Below are positions 7,409 through 15,222 of a stretch of DNA of 30,690 bases, piece after piece. The first letter of the stretch is position 1. The number at the start of each line of letters is the position of its first letter. Source of the stretch: a bacterium (GTDB taxonomy: Bacteria; UBA10199; 2-02-FULL-44-16; DYJF01); contig JBGSNL010000025.1 of the NCBI GenBank assembly GCA_041739675.1, forward strand, positions 1-30,690, read 5' to 3'. The translations under genes were made by a program, and so were the position numbers. Under the pieces are notes generated by a model. The model did not search any database and had not been told where the DNA came from. It saw only the letters and a list, made by a program, of their open reading frames with translations.

Positions 7409-9469
7409 ATGAGCCACTTTAAATCCATTTTTCTGCTGGCCGTTTTGCTCGTTTTGCCCGGAACCCTCTTTGCCGCGGAGATAAACAGAAATATCCTGGC
7501 CGTGATAGATTTTTCCGAGCTCAAAGACGAGTCATATAATTTAATCGAGAAGTTTGCGGAGACGCCTCTCAACCACCTGGGCTTTAAAGTCGAGTACGTG
7601 GATGTCAGCCAGTATCTCCCCGACGACAAGGAGATGACCAAATACGCCGGCATAGTAAGCTGGTTTCTGGACAATCAGCTCAAGGGGGCTCCCGACTACG
7701 CAAGATGGCTCACGCGTCAGATCTTAAATGGAAAGAAAGTCGCCGCCATCGGAAATTTCGGATTTTTCACGGACGAAAAGGGTGAAGAGACGCCGAACGA
7801 AGTGATGGACGAGTTCTACAAGGCATTTCAAATCTCCTACGACTGGCACGAGAGATCCGACAGCCCCCTCCTCATAGAGGTCCTCTACAAAGACCCCAAG
7901 ATGACCGAATTCGAAAGAAAGCTTTCAAACGAGCTCACAAATTTCGAAAAGATAAATGTACTGGACAAGCAGGCGAAGGTTTACCTCAAGCTCAAAAGAA
8001 AAGACACGGGGGCCATTTGCGACGCGGTCTTCATCCATTCGAAGGGCGGTGCGGTACTTTCCGACTACGCCATTTTTCTCAATCCCGAGACCTTTGAGTC
8101 GAGATGGAGAATCGACCCGTTCACATTTTTCGCAAAAATATTCGGCAGCGACTTTCCAAAACCAGACATCACCACGATAAACGGCGTGCGCATGTTCATG
8201 AGCCACATAGACGGCGACGGAATAAGAAATATATCCGATATCGACGGCAAAACGCCTTCCGGAAAGGTCGCATATGACGAGATATTCACCAAGTTCAATG
8301 TGCCCGTGTCGGTTTCGGTTGTGATAGGAGATCTTGTATTGGCGCAGAGGGGGGAGAGAGAGGCGCTTTTTGACACGATCAGAAAGATTTTTGCGCTCCC
8401 CAACATAGAGCCGGCAAGCCACGGCTGGGCGCATCCGCTCGTCTGGGATGAAAAGCGGCGCAGCATGGCCTACGACCTGAAAGGATATTTCTACTCGCCG
8501 CAAAACGAGATCGGCGAATCGCTGAAATACATAAACGAGCATCTCGTACCCAAGGGCAAGAAGGCGAATCTCTTCTTCTGGACCGGCAACTGCCGACCCG
8601 ATTTTGATGCGCTCAAATACGTCTATGATAATAACATAGGAAACATAAACGGGGGCGACACGCGCTTCGACAGCCAGTACCCCAGCTACACATACGTCTC
8701 TCCCCCGTTCCATCACGTAGGGGGCTTTCTGCAGAACTTTTCGGCGGACGCCAACGAGGTCACGTTCACGAATCTGTGGACGGGGCCCTTCTACGGCTTC
8801 AAATATGTCGTGGAGACCTATCAGAACACCGAATCGCCAATCAGGCTCCGCCCCATCGACGTTTATTACCACTTCTACAATATGGAGCGGCGTGTTTCCG
8901 CGGACACGTTGAAAAACATTTACGACTGGGTCGCAACGCAGGAGACGGCTCCCGTTTTCATCTCAGGTTACCTGGACAAACTAAAAGGATTTTTGTCCTC
9001 AAGGATAGAAAAAATATCTCCCGATCGATTTGTGATAACAGGAAACAGTGATCTGAGGAGCGTCCGCATAGACGATTACGACGGATACGTCGACGTCGCC
9101 GCCTCCAGAGGGGTAATGGGATTTTTATCTCACCAGGGATCGCTCTACATCCATCTGGATAACGGCGAGAGCTCCGAAATCCGTCTCACTAAAAACCGCC
9201 CGGCCACGCCCTATCTTGCAAAGGCGAACGGCGAGGTCTCGAATTGGAAGGTCCAAGGCGAAAGCGTCTCTTTCGATCTTCGCACAATGGGCAGGCTCCT
9301 CTTCAAATTGGCCGGCACGAAGGGGGCCTACGACGCAGTCATCGGGGGAAAATCGGTCACTCTGAAATCCAACGAACGAGGTGAAATATTTTTCTCCGAA
9401 CCGCTTGACAAGATAGGGTTTGAAACGGTGAAAATTTCTCTGACGGCGAGGCGGGGTGGCCCCATATGA
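7409..9469 (+). CDS. pelA: PelA deacetylase half (middle domain, CE4-like deacetylase, C-terminal beta domain) without the hydrolase domain
   Basis: Own signal peptide (LFA-A); WRIDPFTF, PKPDITTING, SHIDGDG, ASHGWAHP, FWTGNC, NINGG, RPIDVYYHFY are characteristic of the PelA C-terminal region with intact Asp/His metal ligands. Confidence 0.85.
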   Translation: MSHFKSIFLLAVLLVLPGTLFAAEINRNILAVIDFSELKDESYNLIEKFAETPLNHLGFKVEYVDVSQYLPDDKEMTKYAGIVSWFLDNQLKGAPDYARWLTRQILNGKKVAAIGNFGFFTDEKGEETPNEVMDEFYKAFQISYDWHERSDSPLLIEVLYKDPKMTEFERKLSNELTNFEKINVLDKQAKVYLKLKRKDTGAICDAVFIHSKGGAVLSDYAIFLNPETFESRWRIDPFTFFAKIFGSDFPKPDITTINGVRMFMSHIDGDGIRNISDIDGKTPSGKVAYDEIFTKFNVPVSVSVVIGDLVLAQRGEREALFDTIRKIFALPNIEPASHGWAHPLVWDEKRRSMAYDLKGYFYSPQNEIGESLKYINEHLVPKGKKANLFFWTGNCRPDFDALKYVYDNNIGNINGGDTRFDSQYPSYTYVSPPFHHVGGFLQNFSADANEVTFTNLWTGPFYGFKYVVETYQNTESPIRLRPIDVYYHFYNMERRVSADTLKNIYDWVATQETAPVFISGYLDKLKGFLSSRIEKISPDRFVITGNSDLRSVRIDDYDGYVDVAASRGVMGFLSHQGSLYIHLDNGESSEIRLTKNRPATPYLAKANGEVSNWKVQGESVSFDLRTMGRLLFKLAGTKGAYDAVIGGKSVTLKSNERGEIFFSEPLDKIGFETVKISLTARRGGPI

Positions 9470-10728
9470 AAGTGAAGTGGTGGCACATCGCACTCTTCGT
9501 TTTTTTCATCCTCATCGTCGCGGTGGTCGTCCATCCGACAAGGCTCAGGCTCAGCTGGATGCTGGTCAAGAGCGGTAAGCCGATGGAAGCCATCCAGAAC
9601 CTGACCCAAATCTACAGCAAAGACCCGAAAAATTACCGGGCGATAAAGATACTGGCGGAGGCCCTTGAGAACATGGGACGCCCCGAGGAATCGATGGAGC
9701 TTTTTGAAAAACTGGTGGAGCTCAAGCCAACGGACGAGAATTTCAAGGAGTTGGCAAGGTTCTACATGTGGACGAAAAACCCCGCGCAGGCCAAGCGCGC
9801 ATATCAAAGATGGTTCGATTTCAGAAAGGGCAAAAAAATCGGCTTCACTGACGACGACGGGACGGAGATCGTTGACAACCTCTACTCGCTCTCCCTCCTG
9901 GCGAGAGATTATAAGAGTGCAATCGAGGCCCTAAAGGTGCGGAGGCAGCTCCACCCCGACCAGGCCCACTTCATAGACAACGACATGATCACCCTTTACG
10001 AGAAGGCGGGCGATCTTGACGGCACGATCGCATATATCGAAAGCCTGCTGGCGAAGGACAAGGGAAACGTCTACGCTCTGGAAAAATACATGCAGCTCGC
10101 CCCCCTAGCAGGCAAGAAGGACGCGGCCAGAAACGTTCTCATAGAGGACATTGAGACCAATCCGAAAGACGTCGCTGCGAGAAAGCGGTTCGTGGATTTC
10201 GAAACGGTCAACAAGGAGCTGGGAGCCGCCGACGAATGGTACAGGAAATGGATGGAGCGATCCCCCACCGATCAGGCGCTCAAGAAAGAGTACCTCAACT
10301 GGCTTTTGGCGACCGATCAGCAGAAACCAGCCATAGCTTTTCTTGAAGCTGTTTCCGAGGAGGAGAGAAAACCTTTTGAGGAAACCCTGGTGAGACTCTA
10401 TGAGTGGAACAATATGAAGGAAAAACTCGTGGAGCCTTATATTGCGCGTTTTGAAAAAAATCCTAACGATGCGGAGAACGCAAAAAAACTCGTATGGCTC
10501 CTTATAGATCTGAAACAATACGACAAGGCGGAGACGGTCCTCAAACGCCTTGTGGAGCTCCATCCGGGGAACAGCGAATACGCTCTCGCTCTGGCCGACA
10601 TCTATCAGACGAAGGATAAGACAGATGCCTCGATAGCGGTCATGGAAAAAGCCGTGCAAAAAAACAGGGACCCGAAGCTCCTGAAACAATTGGGCGTACT
10701 CTACCTCTCGGCAGGTGAGAACAGATGA
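9466..10728 (+). CDS. TPR-repeat protein with N-terminal membrane anchor (PelB N-terminal-like)
   Basis: Hydrophobic N-terminus WWHIALFVFFILIVAVVVHP followed by all-helical TPR-like repeats; ATGA overlaps with both neighbours; position of pelB. Confidence 0.75.
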   Translation: MKVKWWHIALFVFFILIVAVVVHPTRLRLSWMLVKSGKPMEAIQNLTQIYSKDPKNYRAIKILAEALENMGRPEESMELFEKLVELKPTDENFKELARFYMWTKNPAQAKRAYQRWFDFRKGKKIGFTDDDGTEIVDNLYSLSLLARDYKSAIEALKVRRQLHPDQAHFIDNDMITLYEKAGDLDGTIAYIESLLAKDKGNVYALEKYMQLAPLAGKKDAARNVLIEDIETNPKDVAARKRFVDFETVNKELGAADEWYRKWMERSPTDQALKKEYLNWLLATDQQKPAIAFLEAVSEEERKPFEETLVRLYEWNNMKEKLVEPYIARFEKNPNDAENAKKLVWLLIDLKQYDKAETVLKRLVELHPGNSEYALALADIYQTKDKTDASIAVMEKAVQKNRDPKLLKQLGVLYLSAGENR

Positions 10729-12431
10729 GGCTCTCGAAAATATTGATACTGCCCTTTCTCATCGCGATTCCTCTCGCATCATTTGCGCAGAGGCCGGGCG
10801 GCAATCTGGAAAAAGCAAAAAAGATTTTCGAGGAGCTCCTGGTAAAAACTCCGAACGATCCCGACGTCTACAAATATCTGGGCGATATCTATCAGGCCTC
10901 AAATGATACGGCCAAGGCCAGAGAGTTCTACGCAGAATACGCAAAGAGAATGCCCTCCGATTATTACGCCCATTACAGGCTGGGCGAGATGGCCAGGGCG
11001 AAGGGAGATTCGGCCGAGGCAAAGAAGGAATTCGAAGAAGCGCTGAGACTAATGGATTCCTCTTTGAAAGATCCGGCTGCAAAAGGCGCAAGGGCAAGGA
11101 TGCTCGCATTGACTGGAGACATAGACGAATCGGATGAGCTTTTCGGTGAGCTCTTGAAAGAAAACCCTGACAACATCGACGTCGCCAACGTCCATATCGA
11201 AACGCTCATCGACACAAAACGCGCCAAAGAGGCCGAACGCGAGGCGGAGCGCTTTGCGTCTAAATATCCGGAGAGCGTATCGATCAAGAGAAACCTTGCG
11301 CGCGCCAAGATCGATCTCAAAAAATACGACGATGCGGAAATAATCTTAAAAGAGCTCATGGCTCAAAGGCCTGACGACGCCTCCCTCAAGACCGACTACG
11401 CCTATCTCCATTACGACAGCGGCGACTGGTCGACGGCCGGCCCCCTTTTCGACGAGCTTGCATTGATCTACCCGGAAAGTGAGGACATAAGGGCCACACA
11501 AGATGACATCTTCAAACTGTCGCGCCCCTATATAATAGGCGGATTCGACCTGAGATGGATAGGCGACGAAAAGAGCTATGGACCGTACGTCAAATACGTC
11601 CACCCCATAGATTCGAAATGGAAGTTCGAGGCCGACTATTCCATCGACAGAAACCTGGCGACGATAACAGGGTTCGATTCCAACTTTTCAACATTCACCA
11701 ACACGGTCAATCTCCTTGCGCGCTACAAGCCGCACCGTTCTCTTGAGCTCTCTTTAGGACCCTCTAACCAGTTCAACGGCTCTTCCTATGTACCGGGCGC
11801 GATAGGCGGGGCGACATTCGACGATCCTGTCTACGGCCGAGCGGATCTCGGCCTCTACTATAACAAGCTCTTCGACGATCCCACCTCCGCACTCTACTTC
11901 GACGGGAAAGAGCACATCGTCGGTGTGACGTACGAGAATACGTTTTGGGACAGGATGATATTAACAGCCCTCTATTCCAGCATATGGTACCGCGTGGACG
12001 GCGCAAAGACGGGTACGGGGGGCGGGGACGATTTCGGCAGGCAGGACCAGGGCGGCGGCATATTGCAGTTCATAGTTCTTCACAAACCGAGAATAAGGGT
12101 GGGCTACGGCTTCATCTACACAAAACTCCACATCGTCAACGATTATACCCCAATGATCCCTCTTATACCGGAGTCCGAGTTCCACAGCGCGCGCGTGGCG
12201 ATCACTCACGAATGGAACAAGTGGATAACGACCGATGTCGGTGGTTTTGTTGGCGCCGATCCCAAACGCGACATATCCATGTTCGATCTCTATGGATTTA
12301 ATATCGCAAACCGTGTAAAAGTCTCAAAACGGCTCGAATTGTCGGGGGGATACGAGTATTCCAGCGAGAGTATCGTGAACAACGTGGGCCGGTACCAGTA
12401 TTTCTTCGTCGATTTCCTATACCGTTTCTGA
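10725..12431 (+). CDS. pelB: TPR plus outer-membrane beta-barrel protein (PelB-like export porin)
   Basis: Cleavable signal peptide (SFA-Q); about 250 aa of TPRs, then amphipathic aromatic-rich beta-strands ending in the BAM-type signal VDFLYRF. Confidence 0.7.
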   Translation: MRLSKILILPFLIAIPLASFAQRPGGNLEKAKKIFEELLVKTPNDPDVYKYLGDIYQASNDTAKAREFYAEYAKRMPSDYYAHYRLGEMARAKGDSAEAKKEFEEALRLMDSSLKDPAAKGARARMLALTGDIDESDELFGELLKENPDNIDVANVHIETLIDTKRAKEAEREAERFASKYPESVSIKRNLARAKIDLKKYDDAEIILKELMAQRPDDASLKTDYAYLHYDSGDWSTAGPLFDELALIYPESEDIRATQDDIFKLSRPYIIGGFDLRWIGDEKSYGPYVKYVHPIDSKWKFEADYSIDRNLATITGFDSNFSTFTNTVNLLARYKPHRSLELSLGPSNQFNGSSYVPGAIGGATFDDPVYGRADLGLYYNKLFDDPTSALYFDGKEHIVGVTYENTFWDRMILTALYSSIWYRVDGAKTGTGGGDDFGRQDQGGGILQFIVLHKPRIRVGYGFIYTKLHIVNDYTPMIPLIPESEFHSARVAITHEWNKWITTDVGGFVGADPKRDISMFDLYGFNIANRVKVSKRLELSGGYEYSSESIVNNVGRYQYFFVDFLYRF

Positions 12432-12442
12432 GGAGAAGAAAA

Positions 12443-12817
12443 ATGGAGGCAGGTGCGAAAAAGGTCCTCGTCATGGATGACGAGCCCGACATCACATACA
12501 TTATAGAATTTTTGCTCACGAACGCCGGCTTCGAGGTTACAAGGCTCAATGACTCCATGAAGGCGGTGGATGAGCTCACCAAAAAGAAATACGACCTTCT
12601 GATCCTCGATCTCATGATGCCGAAACTCGACGGCTTCACCCTTCTTAAAAACATAAGAGAGCACGCAGGTCTCAAGGATCAGCACGTTCTCATACTTTCC
12701 AGCCGCCAGCTAACCCGCGACGAAACAACGCTTCTGGCCACCCTTTCGGCCGAGGTCATGGCAAAACCCTTCGAGCCGCACAGGCTGCTCGAAAAGGTCA
12801 GAGAGGTCATTGCGTAA
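12443..12817 (+). CDS. Single-domain response regulator (CheY-like receiver)
   Basis: VLVMDDE, LLILDLMMP, ILSS, MAKPF all intact; SD GAGGAG; 2 bp from pelD. Confidence 0.92.
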   Translation: MEAGAKKVLVMDDEPDITYIIEFLLTNAGFEVTRLNDSMKAVDELTKKKYDLLILDLMMPKLDGFTLLKNIREHAGLKDQHVLILSSRQLTRDETTLLATLSAEVMAKPFEPHRLLEKVREVIA

Positions 12818-12819
12818 AT

Positions 12820-14223
12820 ATGTTCGAGCGGATAGTAAAGATAAAAAGGACAACCTACTACGTTCCCGAAACGATTGTCGGGATAGCCGTCCTCGTGCTT
12901 TTGAACGTCATCGTATGGCCGGCCAATCCCGCATATGTCGGGATCGATCCCAATCCCTACTGGATAATTGTACTCGCGATCGCCGCGCGCTACGGAAGAA
13001 ACGGGGCGCTGTTCGCCGGCACTCTCTCGGCGATAGTTTTTCTGCTGCACAACATCGCAGTGGGCGGCCTCGACGTCTTCTACGACGATCTTTGGCTTTT
13101 GCGCTTCCCGTTCCTCTTCATCCTCGTGGGGTTCATGCTGGGCGAGATCAAGACCGTATTCATCCTGCGTGAAGAATATCTCACGAACAGGGTCGAGGAG
13201 CTTGAGAACATGAGCGAAAGGCTCCTTGGCGAAAACGGCATCATAAAGGAGGCGCACAGGAATCTGACCATCGAGCTCGCCACTAAGCAGGACACGATAA
13301 CGATCTTGAACGAGATCACAGGAAGGGTGAAATCCCTTAGTCCGGACGAGGTCTACAAGGGTGTGCTTGATAGTTTCAGAGAGAACATTGGCGCGGAGGA
13401 GTGCTCATTTTACGAAATGGAAGGAGACCACCTCAAATTCAGATTCTCGCTCGGATGGAAAGATTATTACAGGAGACCCGAGTTTTACGCGTGCGGTGAT
13501 GGGCTCATAGGCACGGCGGCAAACGCAAGGCATGCAGTGAGCATCAAGGATTTCGTCCTCAAAAGGCACGTCATCAATGAGGACAGGCCCGACATGATAG
13601 GGGATTCGGTTTTGGCCGTGCCCATCGTCGGCTTCGAAGGACACGTGTTCGGCGTGGCAAGCGTGGAAAAGATCCCCTTCTTGAACCTCACTGAATCGGC
13701 GATACAGACGGCAAAAGTCATCTGTGAGCTCGCGGCAAGCTCGCTCAATAACGCCTACGTCTTCAGGGACATGAAGGAAAAACAGATCAGAGACGACACG
13801 TATGACATCTTCAAATACCACTATTTTGTCGCGCGCGTTAACGAGGAATTCCTGCGGTCGTACAATTACATGATCCCGCTTTCGGCAATGACGTTCAAAT
13901 GGCCGAAACTCGCCTCATTGGCTCAGGAAAAAAGATCGGCGCTCATAGAGTCTCTTATAACGCTTTTGAAAAAATCGTTGAGACCTTTTGACGTGCTGGC
14001 CAGAGGACCGAACGACGAGATGTCCTTCGTCCTTCTTCTCTCCACGACCTCCGGCCCGCAGGCGGAAGCGCTCAAGAAAAAGATAATAGAGCATATGCGC
14101 TCGTACGAGTTCGACAAGGCGGTTTCCGACGAACCCATCGAGGGGACGATAAAAATCACCGCGTTTGATCCGCACACGATGAACTACGGCGGTGACTTTC
14201 TGGCCCGGATGGGTCTGCAATGA
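12820..14223 (+). CDS. pelD: PelD-like c-di-GMP receptor (4 TM, coiled coil, GAF, degenerate GGDEF)
   Basis: PNPYWIIVLAIAARYG TM region, coiled coil, GAF (VLAVPIVG...FGVASVEKIPF), I-site RPFD followed by VLARGPNDEM in place of GGDEF. Confidence 0.85.
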   Translation: MFERIVKIKRTTYYVPETIVGIAVLVLLNVIVWPANPAYVGIDPNPYWIIVLAIAARYGRNGALFAGTLSAIVFLLHNIAVGGLDVFYDDLWLLRFPFLFILVGFMLGEIKTVFILREEYLTNRVEELENMSERLLGENGIIKEAHRNLTIELATKQDTITILNEITGRVKSLSPDEVYKGVLDSFRENIGAEECSFYEMEGDHLKFRFSLGWKDYYRRPEFYACGDGLIGTAANARHAVSIKDFVLKRHVINEDRPDMIGDSVLAVPIVGFEGHVFGVASVEKIPFLNLTESAIQTAKVICELAASSLNNAYVFRDMKEKQIRDDTYDIFKYHYFVARVNEEFLRSYNYMIPLSAMTFKWPKLASLAQEKRSALIESLITLLKKSLRPFDVLARGPNDEMSFVLLLSTTSGPQAEALKKKIIEHMRSYEFDKAVSDEPIEGTIKITAFDPHTMNYGGDFLARMGLQ

Positions 14224-15221
14224 ACATGAAACGCGCCCTTTCATACCTTGCGTTGGCTCTGGGTCTTCTGTGCGCGGTCCCAGTGGGAGAAGTGCTCTTC
14301 GGGCTTATCAGCCCGGCATTTTGGATGTTGATCGCCGCACACGTCCTGACGGCCATATTCGGCGCGGCGGGTTTTTATCTTCTCACGTCCGAAAAGAAAA
14401 AAATGATCAGGGCGGGCAACGTCTGGTGGGTGTTTGCTTCCGCGATGTGCATAGCAATCCCCTTCTGGGGCATCATCACTGCGGTGGTCATCTACGCTAT
14501 TCAGGGGATCGCAAAGAAGAAGCCGCCTCCCATTGTCAGCGAGGAGATCGCCGTTCCCGGCGCGGCGGTCTTCAAAAAACCTTTATCGAAGATACGCGAG
14601 CTCGAGATATTGGAACGCATCGACATCGAACCGTTTCTCGACATATTCAGGATAGGGCGCCCGGAGCTGAAAAAGAGCGCGATCAAGCTCTTAGGCTCGA
14701 TCCGGTCGAAGGCCGCGATAAAGGCGCTGGGAAAAGCGCTTCTGGACAAAGACATTGAGGTCAGGCTCTTCGCATCCGGCGTCATCAACATGATAGACGA
14801 CGATTTTGCCGAGAAAATCGAGGAGAAGAAAAAAATCTGCGAAGAGAAGCCCGAAAACGTTGCCGCGGCCGTGGAGTTGGCAAAACTGTATCTCACATAT
14901 GCGGACAGCGGTCTTCTGGACAATATCCAGAGCAGATATTATTACCATTGGGTCATAAAGCTTCTGGCCGAGCTGCCGGTCAGCGCGGAGACCTGCTACC
15001 CCATGGCCCGCGCGTTCAATGAGATCGAAGAGTACAACAAGGCGCAAGAGTGCATAGACATCTGCCTCCTGGCCAATCCGTTCAACGCACTTTACAACGA
15101 GATGCATTGCAGAAATCTTTTTGCAAAAAGACAGTACACGGCCCTCTACCCCGTTGTGAAGAAGATGAATGATCATGGCATAGAACCCGTAAACAAAGAG
15201 CCGGTCGCCTTCTGGACATGA
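14220..15221 (+). CDS. pelE: PelE-like membrane protein with HEAT/TPR repeats
   Basis: N-terminal TMs (IPFWG motif), HEAT repeat ALLDKDIEVRLFA, LYADSGLL-type helix and C-terminal TPR; follows pelD with ATGA overlap. Confidence 0.75.
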   Translation: MNMKRALSYLALALGLLCAVPVGEVLFGLISPAFWMLIAAHVLTAIFGAAGFYLLTSEKKKMIRAGNVWWVFASAMCIAIPFWGIITAVVIYAIQGIAKKKPPPIVSEEIAVPGAAVFKKPLSKIRELEILERIDIEPFLDIFRIGRPELKKSAIKLLGSIRSKAAIKALGKALLDKDIEVRLFASGVINMIDDDFAEKIEEKKKICEEKPENVAAAVELAKLYLTYADSGLLDNIQSRYYYHWVIKLLAELPVSAETCYPMARAFNEIEEYNKAQECIDICLLANPFNALYNEMHCRNLFAKRQYTALYPVVKKMNDHGIEPVNKEPVAFWT

Positions 15222-15222
15222 T

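Noticed and set aside
3809..8872. Long antisense ORFs (3809-4663, 5006-5875, 5352-6122, 7925-8872)
   Set aside because: Each lies opposite a well-supported gene and has no recognisable motifs; typical shadow frames.
10700..10760. Frameshifted pelB pseudogene
   Set aside because: The downstream ORF has its own signal peptide and an ATGA coupling, consistent with two genes.
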